From positions 1-64,000 of the forward strand of contig NIVC01002202.1 of NCBI GenBank assembly GCA_002269645.1: DNA of 64,000 bases. Reading direction: 5' to 3'. The notes under the pieces are model-generated. The model searched no databases. It was not told the DNA's origin and saw nothing but the letters and a program-made list of their open reading frames with translations. Source of the stretch: Macrostomum lignano. Lineage: Eukaryota. The position numbers and the translations under genes are program-made. Positions 10,609-22,350 of this stretch are shown here, in pieces; position 1 is the stretch's first letter, and each line of letters starts with the position of its first letter.

Positions 10609-11780
10609 TTGATCAGTTCGAATTGTGTTGCTGCTGATCGAAGAGTCGGGGTTTGGTTGGCTGGCAACGGGGTTTCACTGCATGGTTTGTAAGGAAGCGG
10701 AGTTAACATCGGGAATTTGAACTTAGCATTGGTATTGATGGCTTATCGGCCCAGGTAACTAGAAGCACCGAGACGTCCCGTCCAAGCCTCTCTTATTTAG
10801 GCCTTGTTTCTAGATGCATGTATCTTGAGCCGTTAAGATGTCAGTTTCAGTTAGCTGTCAGATTGGGCCCCAAATTCAGCTCCATTTTGGATTCACATCC
10901 AACTTCAAAGAAGCTTCTTTAAATTTTGTAGGCTATATCGTTTGTTCTCAATTAAAGATAAGAAGGTAGAGAGAAACATAGAAACATACTGAACTTTTTT
11001 GGGACGTGTTGATTTTAATTAAAATCATATACTCATTCTAAACGGCAAGCTTCGATGTTGAAACACTAGAGATCAAGAAGGGAACACAACCTTACCTTTG
11101 CAAATCGAAGCGAATACAAATCCAGTTGGCCAAAAGAATTTTCCTTTTTTTGCAAAACGGATACCTTAAAGCGGCTGAGCTATCGATCTCGGAAAATGGG
11201 GATTTATATCCAATTTTCCTCCTTGAGAGCAGATTGGGATTAGCGACAGCTGCGACCAGAAATAACCAACGAAATGGATTAGTATAGCTGAGGGATTTGA
11301 GGAAGCAAACTCGTAAGGTTGCTTTTTTGCTCCATGCACAGGAACTTCAGGAAGCCAGCTGTTGCGTCAAAAGCCTATTACAGATAGTCTAAACCCCTCA
11401 TGCGAGCCAGAACTGAGTATTGCGTCCGTGATAGACAGGTGCCTCAATCACTTGCGGGCATTCATTCAGCGCAGAAGCCAAACCAAGGCCTGATTTGGAT
11501 TATCGCGGCGCCTCGGGATTTTTTTGCTAGAACTGATTTCGTCAGAAAAGATCTCAATAAATATTGATAGAATGTTTACGAATTTGACAGAGGTGAGCTA
11601 TCCTATAGCCAACAAACTTTCGCAGAGATCAGATTAAGGACCATCTAGAAGTTACCGTTGTATCAGGACGTAATTAGGGACATGCAGAGTAGCTTTGCGG
11701 TACACTCGCCCGACTGTTGCGTCACGACCCCTGGTTTGATTCCGTGCAACAGCAAAGACAAATTAATTTGGGGCTTGTGT

Positions 11781-11905
11781 ACTAGAAAGTCAGGGCCGCT
11801 GTGCACCCCTGTGTGAGCGTGTGCATGAGTGAGGGCCTGTGTACACAGTATTGACGCGCAATGGGCAGAAGTGTCGTCAGCGCTGGTTGTGAGACCAAGG
11901 TGCCC
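11781..11905 (+). mobile_element. Unclassified dispersed repeat, copy 2
   Basis: actagaaagtcagggccgctgtgcacccctgtgtgagcgtgtgcatgagt...cacagtattgacgcgc...cagcgctggttgtg is shared with the copies at 38104 and 62487. Confidence 0.7.
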
Positions 11906-12199
11906 TATAAATATTATTATCAGGTAACAGTCGCATAGTATGAAAAAATATTTGAGGGCCGAATTTTGCATAGAAAATTTCTGTTGATAGTGTCTTTTAT
12001 TCCCGACAACTTGTCTATCATAAAACCTTATTTATCATACGTGTAAAATGTTAAAATATAACGTTATTCGAAAAGCAAATCTACTTCTGAACTGAAATCC
12101 GTCTGAGATGATGAAAAACGGAAAACTTCTTATCTCATCCATGCATTTTTCAGCGAAAACCGGGACTGTTTAGTACCATCGTTCTGCTCGGTAGATCGG

Positions 12200-12450
12200 T
12201 AGGCCACCCAGGAGAGTCCTCTGCGCCGCCGGATGTCCTCTCCACCACGTAGGGCACCAGACAGCCACCATCCTATGCCGGCGACAACTTTAACTGGCGG
12301 TCCCACATGATGCCAGCCGAGAGCTGATGTCCCCAGCCTCTGCAGGATGTCCTGCTGCTCACTTTGCAGGGCTCGTTGAGGCGAGGCCTGGCGCAAACCT
12401 GTCGATACGTAGACTGCCTGCTGTACCCGCTCCGGCTCGCTTGTTGTTGT
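12200..12450 (+). mobile_element. Decayed non-LTR retrotransposon (RTE-like LINE) 3' fragment
   Basis: With a frameshift and stops it reads RRQL*LA-HMMPAES*CPQPLQDVLLLTLQGSLRRGLAQTCRYVDCLL. A homologous peptide occurs at 24300-24650 (RQRLQL...EFFCPQ..QEVLL-LTLQ). Family assignment is from recall of post-RT C-terminal regions and needs a search. Confidence 0.6.
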
Positions 12451-13802
12451 CGTTGTCATGGGGGCTTTGGATTGCTGCCTCAACAAAGCAAAAACCAAAT
12501 TAAAAGCATCGATGAGTGCAAAATAAAAAAACAAAATGAATTCGAAGTAACAAAATCCGATGTGAATAGCAAATCAACTATGATGATCTACTCTGAAAAT
12601 TCTCCGCTTGATCTCTTAATTAATTACTTAAGTAGTTTGTCTATTTGTTTATTTCTCCGGATCGAAGCCGACTAAACTGAGTTGGTCTAATTTAAACAAA
12701 TGAGGAAAAACAGCCTGAGTGCTCAGCTTAGTAAAACGCAAGACGACAACAACCATAAGTACGAGCATATATATATAGGGATATCGTATACGCAGTGAAT
12801 TCATATAGGTCGGTGTGTTCTTTTTTAGCATAATATTTCGTGAGTTTCCTGTTAAACAAAAGGGTTCGGGTAACAACAGTATACAATATTGGCGCTTACA
12901 TTAGTAAGTACAAGCGGCAGCGCTTCCAGTAAATCGATTGATGCTTCACACTTTTAGTGACAAAAAAATTGTTGTCTTTTTGATACAAAAATAGATACAG
13001 ATAGGAAAAGTACACGTTGTCAGGCTGTTTTAGAGTTGATGGTGCATAAATAGTCCGCGCAGTTCACCTGCAAATTTTATAACGCGATTTATGCATGCTG
13101 TTCGAATAAACTAATTAGCCATGGGGGCGGAAAAAGTCCTGAAAGAAATTCGTACATCAAACTTGCTTCCGACTCTGTGGGAGCTCATTAGATTGGGAGT
13201 TTGCTATAGCGGAAACAGAAAGTCCAACGGTGCTGCGGTTGCTACACAAAAAATGGGTCGCCTTTGCTTGGCTGTAACAGCAATTTGAAACTGCGGCAGG
13301 GAAAGTATTCAGTACAACAACAATAAAACGACAGAGTTGTGTGACGTTTTGGTGCAAAACATTGGTGCAGATATTCGAGTGCTCTGAAGATCTGTGCTCT
13401 AATCGTATACTCGTAAAGACAGTTATAACAAATGTTTAGGAAAAATCTCTGTCATTTTGGTAGCGTTTTTTTATAGCCGAAAATACTTCTTCCGTAGTGT
13501 TTGTATAACGATTTGGATACGCGGTTTAAGTCGACTATCTTATTATATTGAAGTCTTTCATAACTTAATAGTGAATAAAATCCATTATGCGCCCTACATT
13601 CTACGGGCTTTCAGTCTGGTTAATTCCGTCGCTCAAGGAGTGTCAACGCCAACATGGCTGTCTGTTCGACCATTCAAAGGCTCAATCAATCGATTATCTC
13701 TCATCTTGACCTCTCGCAAGTTCAGATCTCCACGGCAGTCCTGGCGGAGCTCACGGAGGCCGACAGGTTCGGCAGCGAGGCGCTGAACGTAGCGAGAGGC
13801 AG

Positions 13803-14288
13803 CTACGGCGCTTCCGGTGGCGGGGGCGGCGGCGGCGGCAGGACCTCTGCCTCGACAACAATCCGCTGGGAGGAGACGCCCGAGTCATCGTCTTCGTCGT
13901 TGCAGTCGGTGCTGTTGTCTTCTGGATCGTAGTTGCTGTCAAAGTCCAGACGCGAGTCGCCGTCGTCTCCGATGGCCGTGACAAAGTCCTCGGTGTCCTC
14001 GTCGCCGCCACCAGCCTGGAAGTGAGGCAGCGCCGAGTTGCCTCCTACTCCGATGGTGGCAGCATCCTCCGAGTCGCTAGTCTCTGGCGTGATGTCCAGT
14101 CGGAAGTTCAGCAGTTGCTTATCTGTCGCGGCCGTTGTCATGCAGTTATCGAAGGCCACGGAGTCCAGCGCCTTGAGCAGGTAAGCCTGCTGAGCTTTGT
14201 ACTGGTCTCGCAGCCGCTCCAGTTGGGTGGCCGCGTAGTCTTTGATGCGCAGCAGCTGCTGGTTGTACTGCTCACGAACTCGCTCCAC
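13803..14288 (-). CDS. LRR-Ig receptor, exon 4 of 4 (spliced CDS 2331 nt, 776 aa)
   Basis: ttcctcag|gtg gag cga continues the repeats (VERVREQYNQQLLRIKDY...), then LDSVAFDNC and an acidic/proline-rich tail. Stop TAG at 13803-13805. All phases consistent. Confidence 0.88.
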   Translation of the reverse strand: MERVREQYNQQLLRIKDYAATQLERLRDQYKAQQAYLLKALDSVAFDNCMTTAATDKQLLNFRLDITPETSDSEDAATIGVGGNSALPHFQAGGGDEDTEDFVTAIGDDGDSRLDFDSNYDPEDNSTDCNDEDDDSGVSSQRIVVEAEVLPPPPPPPPEAP

Positions 14289-15675
14289 CTGAGGAATACA
14301 CAGAATGCACCGTGCTACTATCCCTATGAAACTGTTTGAGTGCGAGAAAGTTGGCATCGAGCAGAATTATTAGCATAGCTAGGAGCAAGTGCCTGCGCCT
14401 ATTCTGTGAGAAATCAGCTTACTATAAGTCATGACAAACTCTCGAGTCCAGTGTGTAGTGTACGGCTGTAGGTCCTATGCTTAAAAGTGTCCACCTTTGA
14501 CGCTAGCTCATGATTTTCCTCAAAGAAACCGTGTGCAGGATATTGAATTAATTATTCAATTTCGAAAAAATCGTTCATAATGTATTCGCGAAATTGCTTT
14601 CTGAATGTTTGGCCCACTATATCTTACCGTTGTATCAGGACGTAACTCTCGTAAATATTGCAAAATGTTTTGAAGGCTTTTTGTCTGCAAAAACCAATGC
14701 TTTACTGTACGCCTGCCGTTCCCTACATGTAGATATGGGGCCAATGTTTGTGTCAGGCACATACACACTCTGTGGCTTGGGAGTTGGTCCATAATGATCC
14801 TTTCAACGACAAGCCCCGGGGCCAAGTTCATATCCATGCGTGAGGACAAAATTAATGTATTAATGTTAATGTTAATCCTATACGCTCCTATAGTGCCACG
14901 AATTGGATCCAAGAACTTAGACACTGAGCAGGGCTGAGCGATTACTCGGTTCTCGGTTCTTGTTTACGAGTATAATCGAGTTTTGATGAGTATTAGACGA
15001 GTTATTATAATCAACAATTCACAGCTGAACTGTCAAGTTTTGATGTCGACGGGATTGAAGCTTTGAAAGTAATAACATTCACTATTGGAGGTGGACAAGC
15101 TCAATAAAGGTGGTATCCTTAAAGTGCAGACAGTAAAAAATCAATGGAATACGCGTGGGAGAGGGCAACTGGAGGACTAAGGTTGCAGCGACAATCGTTA
15201 CAATCCAGTTGGAGAGGCTCTCTCAGTCTTGTCTCTCGCTCTACTGAATTATTGATTTCCCTAAGTGCACTTGGCCTCCATTTTGGGTTTCCAGTCAGTT
15301 GCTACGAGCATTTGGTCAGCCAGAATTTCATTAATAGTATTCTCATGGACAGCTGAACTCTCAACCCTGCACTGTAAAGTACATTTAATCAGGTGCTCGA
15401 GACGATACGCTGAATTTGAACCTGGTAACACTATTAGGCCTTAGGTTACTTCTTCGTATTGTTGTTTTAAGTATTGTTGGTTGACTGTAGCCTTTTGCAG
15501 CGTGTCAACTAACAACATTGTGGAGTGTAACTAACTAAGGTCAATGATGAACTAATCAGCAATCAATCCCCAGGCCGTTGTCTATGGCCAAAGCTCACTC
15601 CCCCATAGAGTTCCATAGACACGAGGATGCAGGACGGCAGTCCCGACAAGAAGGTGCTTAACTTAAACAACCCAC

Positions 15676-16125
15676 CTGGTTCGACTTGTAGTCCTTGATT
15701 CGGCTCATCTGGCTATTGTAGCTCTCCCTCAGCCGTTCAATCTGGCAGTCGCAGTGGTCGCGGATCTTGGCGATGCGTCTATTGTAGTTCTCCTGCATGA
15801 GCATCATGTTGCCAACGCAGGCCTCCTTGACTTTGCCGACCCTGGCGTTGTAGTTGTCCAGCTGGTTGTGCCGGTAGGTTCGGAACCAATCTTTGCATTC
15901 GCGCAGCTGCTCCATCTTGGCGCCACGGTAGGCTTCAAGGTGTTCCAGCATCTCCTTGATTGACTTCTGTTTTCGCCGTTCCTTCTCTGAGCATTTCCTG
16001 ATGATCAGGCGGGTTAGGCCGATGACTACGGCGATGCAGAGTAGGGAGGCTGCGCTTAGTGCACCCACCATCATGCCGTACTTCTTGACCTCGCGTAGCA
16101 CTTCATATTTGAGAGTGAACACCAG
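15676..16125 (-). CDS. LRR-Ig receptor, exon 3 of 4 (TM helix and cytoplasmic repeats)
   Basis: gacag|ctg gtg ttc; hydrophobic GMMVGALSAASLLCIAVVIGL, then RKQKSIKEMLEHLEAY and 22-aa repeats. Donor cag|gtgggt. Confidence 0.9.
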
Positions 16126-16481
16126 CTGTCGGATGGAGAGGCGGTGTTTGTGGTGGGATGTCCATTGGGTTCTTATGAAAGATGCTGCTGGATTCTAAAG
16201 TGAGGTGTCCGTTGGATACTAAAGGTGAGGTTTTTCGTTGGGTTATCATGTGAGGAGTCCTTTGGATTCTTATGTGAGGTGTCCGTTGGAACTTTGTAAG
16301 ATGTCCGTTGGATACTAACGTGGGATGTACCAAAGTACCTAATTTTGGTGCCTACTACATTCTAATGAGAGGTGTTGGTTAGATTCTAATAGGGTGTCCG
16401 ATAGATACTAATGTGTAATGTCCGATGGGTTCTAATTTTGATTTTTCTTACATGTACCGTCTTTTCTAAATCTTTTCTCAC

Positions 16482-16704
16482 CTCCCTGACGATCGGCGGT
16501 CCGATCCCATTGTCGGCGATGCAGCGGTAAAGGCCAGCGTCTGCTCTTGTCACATAGTCGATGTACAAAGAGCCATCCTGCAGCACTTGCACCCGCGACG
16601 AGCCCGGACCCTCGGCTGCCTTCCGGGCTTCGTATTGAGTGTTCCAGTGCCACGGGTGCTCCGCGTGAAATGTGTTCGTGAAGGTGTCGGCTGGAGCGTG
16701 GTAC
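16482..16704 (-). CDS. LRR-Ig receptor, exon 2 of 4 (Ig C-terminal half)
   Basis: ctccag|g tac cac gives ...RVQVLQDGSLYIDYVTRADAGLYRCIADNGIG (Ig I-set D.G.Y.C motif). Donor gag|gtgaga. Confidence 0.9.
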
Positions 16705-16767
16705 CTGGAGTGAAAGTATGAGTAGGGAAGCAAAGAGTGAGACGGTTGTTCACTTGTAGGGAAAAGG

Positions 16768-17022
16768 AGGGACAGGGAGTGAAATTGGGGACAGGGAGTG
16801 AGGTGGGGGACAGGGAGTGAGGTGGGGGACAGGGAGTGAGACAGGGAGTGAGATGAGGGAGAGGGAGTGAGGTGGGGACAGGGAATGAGGTGGGGGACAG
16901 GGAATGAGGTGGAGACAGGGAGTGAGGTGGGGGACAGGGAGTGAGGTGGGACAGGGAGTGAGGTGGGGGACAGGGAGTGAGGTGGGGGACAGGGAGTGGG
17001 GTGGAATGGGGAGTGAGGTGAG
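16768..17022. repeat. Purine-rich minisatellite, 19-20 bp GGGGACAGGGAGTGAGGTG, in receptor intron 1
   Basis: Direct tandem periodicity. Confidence 0.9.
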
Positions 17023-18224
17023 ACACGCATGGAGTAAACAAGAAAGTGCAGTTTCAATAAAAAAGAAGCCACTTTTTCATTACTTTTCACTCAGAAGCGG
17101 AAGCAAACGAAGGAAGGCATACATAATATTGTAGTGTAAATTGGAAAAAGCCATGAAAGTGCTTATGAGTAGTGAAATAGCTTAGTGTGAGGCAACTTCC
17201 GCCCCCCCCCCGCTGAGCAGCAGTGGAGAATGAGGAAGTAGACTGTGTGAGCAGTTCAAACTGGCCAGCTCAGAGTTGAACAGCTGTCGCCGTTCTTGCC
17301 ACAGCCTTCCTTTCCCCTAAACCGTCGGATTACCATAATCGGGCATGCTTGCGGCCCTACGTGTGTAGAGCGTGGGTTGGCTGTATTGGCTTTGGATGGG
17401 GCATGGACTGCTAAATCCCTAGAACCTGGACTAGAAGTTGAGTCTGAGTCTGTTCAAAAGTCCACGAGGGTCCAATAAAAGCATGTCCACCGCTATTCTC
17501 AGCGATATCCAGGCGAAGCCGTGTCCCCTAGAGGCCTCTCCCTCCCTTTCTGCATTTCCCTTGTTGGCCACCGGACCGAAACACAGCTTAATCTAATCAT
17601 GTGGTCAGCAGCAGGGACAGAGAGGACCAGAAGAGCCGAGAGACAGAGAGGTATCCGCAGAATCGATTGCTTCAACAAACGCAGAAGAAGAGAAGAGAAG
17701 CCGAGGCTGCTGAGCACGATCGATCGATGTTTTGCTATAAAACAGGAATCTCTATCCATCCCCAGTCAACCCCGCCGTGCTTATGTGCATTGCCTCAGCG
17801 TTTAAACAAATTTTAAAGGGCTATATAGTGTGGAGATAGCGGGAGGGATGCATCCCGCCCCCTGTATCAGGGTGCAGAGACCGGCCGCCCAAGGACAACT
17901 CGCTCAAGGACTCTTACAACTCTCAGTCTAAATGTTTTAGCTAGGAATAAAAAAAATTAGATGGCGCTAAAGCTACTGAACGCACTCTCCAATTGTTGGG
18001 CACTAAAAGTGCTGTATTTTTGGATATTTTAGAAAATGCGGGTAATTAGAGCTCCCCGTAATGTAGGGATACATATTATACCTTTTGCATATGCTGAAGC
18101 CCCTACTTAGGACAATAGGTGGGGTGTATGGTCCAAAACAAGTATATTTATACGACCTTTAATTAGTGGAGGTTGAGTGCCAATAAGAAAAGGAGGGTTG
18201 TACTTGTAGTGTGCGACTAAGGAA

Positions 18225-19920
18225 AGAGAGATGGGGAGAAAGGGTGTGGGAAGAGAGATGGGGAGAGAGGGTGCGGGAAAAGAGATGGGGAGAGAGGGTG
18301 TGGGAAGAGAGATGGGGAGAGAGGGTGTGGGAAGAGAGATGGGGAGAGAGGGTGTGGGAAGAGAGATGGGGAGAGGGTGTGTGGGAAGAGAGATGGGGAG
18401 AGAGGGTGTGGGAAGAGAGATGGGGAGAGAGGGTGTGGGAAGAGAGATGGGGAGAGGGTGTGTGGGAAGAGAGATGGGGAGAGAGGGTGTGGGAAGAGAG
18501 ATGGGGAGAGAGGGTGTGGGAAGAGAGATGGGGAGAGAGGGTGTGGGAAGAGAGATGGAGAGAGAGGGTGTGGGAAGAGAGATGAGGAGAGAGGGTGTGG
18601 GAAGAGAGATGGGGAGAGAGGGTGTGGGAAGAGAGATGGGGAGAGAGGGTGTGGGAAGAGAGATGGGGAGAGAGGGTGTGGGAAGAGAAATGGGGAGAGA
18701 GAGATGGGAATAGAGGGTATGGGAAGAGAGATGGGGAGAGTGGAAAGTGATATGGGAAGAGAGGGTATGGGAAGAGAGATGGTGAGAGTGGAAAGTGATA
18801 TGGGAAGAGAGATGGGGAGAGGGTGTGTGGGAAGAGAGATGGGGAGAGAGGGTGTGGGAAGAGAGATGGGGAGAGAGGGTGTGGGAAGAGAGATGGGGAG
18901 AGAGGGTGTGGGAAGAGAGATGAGGAGAGAGGGTGTGGGAAGAGAGATAGGGAGAGAGGGTGTGGGAAGAGAGATGGGGAGAGGGTGTGTGGGAAGAGAG
19001 ATGGAGAGAGGGTGTGGGAAGAGAGATGGGGAGAGAGGGTGTGGGAAGAGAGATGGGGAGAGAGGGTGTGGGAAGAGAGATGGGGAGAGGGTGTGTGGGA
19101 AGAGAGATGGGGAGAGAGGGTGTGGGAAGAGAGATGGGGAGAGAGGGTGTGGGAAGAGAGATGGGGAGAGAGGGTGTGGGAAGAGAGATGGAGAGAGAGG
19201 GTGTGGGAAGAGAGATGAGGAGAGAGGGTGTGGGAAGAGAGATGGGGAGAGAGGGTGTGGGAAGAGAGATGGGGAGAGAGGGTGTGGGAAGAGAGATGGG
19301 GAGAGAGGGTGTGGGAAGAGAGATGGGGAGACAGGGTGTGGGAAGAGAAATGGGGAGAGAGAGATGGGAATAGAGGGTATGGGAAGAGAGATGGGGAGAG
19401 TGGAAAGTGATATGGGAAGAGAGGGTATGGGAAGAGAGATGGGGAGAGTGGAAAGTGATATGGGAAGAGAGGGTATGGGAAGAGAGATGGTGAGAGTGGA
19501 AAGTGATATGGGAAGAGAGGGTATGGGAAGAGAGATGGTGAGAGTGGAAAGTGATATGGGAAGAGAGGGTATGGGAAGAGAGATGGTGAGAGTGGAAAGT
19601 GATATGGGAAGAGAGGGTATGGGAAGAGAGATGGTGAGAGTGGAAAGTGATATGGGAAGAGAGGGTATGGGAAGAGAGATGGTGAGAGTGGAAAGTGATA
19701 TGGGAATAGAGGGTATGGGAAGAGAGATGGTGAGAGTGGAAAGTGATATGGGAAGAGAGGGTATGGGAAGAGAGATGGTGAGAGTGGAAAGTGATATGGG
19801 AAGAGAGGGTATGGGAAGAGAGATGGTGAGAGTGGAAAGTGATATGGGAAGAGAGGGTATGGGAAGAGAGATGGTGAGAGTGGAAAGTGATATGGGAAGA
19901 GAGGGTATGGGAAGAGAGAT
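18225..19920. repeat. Purine-rich compound minisatellite: 27-bp unit GGGAAGAGAGATGGGGAGAGAGGGTGT changing to a 48-bp unit after about 19365
   Basis: Periodicity matches the 9-aa and 16-aa repeats in the spurious ORFs. Confidence 0.95.
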
Positions 19921-20489
19921 GTTGACAGTTGAGAGAGGAGAGAGCTGGAGGCGATATGGCGGGAGAGAGGATGATAAAAAATATGTGGGAAGTTTACAAA
20001 CTGGTTGCATATCAGATGGGTTGCGTCGTTTGAAACTAAAATGGGAGTCGATTTGATCAATTGGGATAGAAAAAGTAGCGAGGGGAGTCAGGGGAAGGCA
20101 GTGAAGAGGTGTCAGCTTCCCTATGTGAGTACGGAAAATATTGATCTGTTATAGTCGCATGCACTGCTGAGCTAAACCGGATGAATCTTGGGACTGGGAA
20201 TGCTTTTGTGAATTAGTGGAGAACTCCCTTAAATCCCCTTTCTCTCTTTCAACAGTCAAAGCTAATGGATGGCCAGAAACCGAAATGCTTTTTGGTATTT
20301 TGGCAAGCTTTGTCACATGAAAAATGCTGTTGCTAGCAGATACAAAAGTAAGTGAGATGGAGCCTTTAGTTTTTTGAAAAATGGGCTCTATTCAGATTTA
20401 TCAATTAGATTTTCTCATCATTGCTCAGAATTGTTTTTTTGACGGCTTCTCTAATTAAAATTTCATTTTATCTGGGATCTGGCGGAGAT

Positions 20490-20910
20490 GGATTCTCAAA
20501 AATGACACCAGATTCTCAAAAATGGCACCCGATTCTCTAAAATGACACCAGATACTCCAAGATGACACCCGATTCTCCAAAATGACCCAAATTTTCAAAA
20601 ATGACATCAGATTCTCAAAAATGGCACCAGATTCTCCAAAAATGGCACCAGATTCTCCAAAAATGGCACCAGATTCTCAAAAGTGGCACCAGATTCTCAA
20701 AAATGGCACCAGATTCTCCAAAAATGGCACCAGATTCTCAAAAGTGGCACCAGATTCTCAAAAATGGCACCAGATTCTCCAAAAATGGCACCAGATTCTC
20801 CAAAATGGCACCCGAATCTACAAAATGACACCAGATTCTAAAAAAATGGCATCAGCTTCTCAAAGATGAGGCCAGACTATCCAAAATGGCACCGGGCACT
20901 CCAAAATGGC
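20490..20910. repeat. Minisatellite, 20-21 bp GATTCTC(C)AAAAATGGCACCA, ending about 70 bp from the exon-1 donor
   Basis: Direct tandem periodicity. Confidence 0.92.
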
Positions 20911-20978
20911 ACTGGACTCTCGAATTGTTTAACATTTATTAAACATTTTAATGAAAGCAGCGCAGAGGTTGAACAAAC

Positions 20979-22150
20979 CTGTTCCGAAGCGGCGGCCTGT
21001 AGGTGACGTTGCTTCCCCGCCCGGTCACCCAGGTCACGTGGGCGGGCGGCTCGGCGGCCACCCGACACAGCAAGCGGGCGGAATCGCCGACTCCGTAGCT
21101 GGCCCGGCCGCTGAAGTTCAAAAATCTCGGCGCCCGGCAGCCCAGCTCGGCCGTGAAGTTCAAACCGGACAGGCGGCGGCCGCTGAGCCGAGGCGGCCCG
21201 GCGCATTTGGCGTCCGGTCCCAGCTCGACGGCGGCCAGCCAGGCGAGGCCGCAGTGGCTGCAGTTCCAGGCGCCGCCGCCGTCGACACGGATGCTCAGGC
21301 GGCGCAGCGCGGGTCCCCAGCTCCAGCCGGCCAGTTTTGGACAGCGCCGGAAGCGCAGCTGGCGCAGCCGCGGCAGCTGGTTCAACGAGTCGACAAATTC
21401 GTACGTCACTTCGGTCAGGTTGGGCGAATCAACGAACTCCAGCCGGCGCAGGTTCGGGTGGCCCGCCAGGCCGCTGGCGGACAGCCGGCCGCTGGCCGAG
21501 AGGCGCAGCTCGCGCAGCCCGGACCCCCCGCGGGTGGCGTTGGCCAGCCGCTCCAGCTGGGCGTCCAGATCGGCCAGCGGACTGCCGGACAGATCGAGCC
21601 GGTTCAGGTCGGTCAGGACGACGCTGGAGTTGACGGTCAGGCCGGTCAGGCCGCAGGCGGAGACGTTGAGCTGGGCGAGGTTCGGGAGCGCGGCCGAGAG
21701 GCTCGTCAGCGGAAATTCGCCAACGCCACCGTCGCCGCCTTCGCAGGACAAGTCGAGCTCCGCGAGGCCCGGCCAGAGCTGACCGCGCCGGCTAATCAGT
21801 TTGGCGAGGTCGACAGCCGGGCGTCGAAAGCTGCCGCCGAGGCGCAGTCGGCGAAGCTGGCCCCGGCGCCAGTCGGATCCGAGGTCGGCGAGTTCGGCCA
21901 GGAGGTCGACGGGCGGCGACAACGATGTTGGCGCGGCCAACGTGGCGGAGAGGCTGGCCCAGGGCGGCTGGCGGATTGCGGCCAGGCGGTTCCAGTCCGC
22001 AACCGAGAGGTCGGGACAGTCGACTTCGCTCAGGCCGTCAGCTGAGCGGCAGGTGCATCGGGCCGGACACGCCGGCTGCGGCATCGGCCGAGCGGCGGCC
22101 AGAGCGATCACCGAGAGCAGCAGCAGCTGCAGCAGCGGCGATGACGACAT
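20979..22150 (-). CDS. LRR + Ig single-pass receptor (IGLR-2/CG16974-like), exon 1 of 4: signal peptide, LRRNT, LRRs, LRRCT, start of Ig
   Basis: MSSSPLLQLLLLSVIALAAA signal; CPARCTC (LRRNT); LxxLDLS repeats; WNCSHCGLAWL...KCAGPPRLSG...LGC (LRRCT); LLCRVAAEPPAHVTW (Ig). Phase-2 donor aac ag|gtttgt. Confidence 0.9.
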
Positions 22151-22244
22151 TGCGCGATGAAGTGAGAGGCTGGACTGAGCCTGAGGAGGGGCATTCGAAA
22201 ATTGAATTCGTTTGTTTGAGCTAGACTTGATTAAAAACTTAAAA

Positions 22245-22350
22245 TCTATTGGGATCTATAATACATCTATTGGGATCTATAATGCATCTATTGGGATCTA
22301 TACAGCATCTATTGGGATCTACAAACAGCATCTATTGCGAGGATCTATTT
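22245..22350. repeat. Short tandem repeat ATCTATTGGGATCTATA(A/C)..., about 21 bp, 4-5 copies
   Basis: atctattgggatcta recurs four times. Confidence 0.8.

Noticed and set aside
12130-12534. 134-aa minus-strand ORF that looked like an exon
   Set aside because: The plus strand of the same DNA is a decayed LINE fragment homologous to 24300-24650, so the ORF is its antisense shadow.
14556-14924. 122-aa intronic ORF on the minus strand
   Set aside because: No recognisable domain, AT-rich composition, and the receptor gene is phase-complete without it.
20951-22045. 364-aa plus-strand ORF, and similar long ORFs at 2819-3502, 28445-29080, 55196-55780 and 55798-56640
   Set aside because: Antisense shadows of GC-rich real exons with no recognisable domains.
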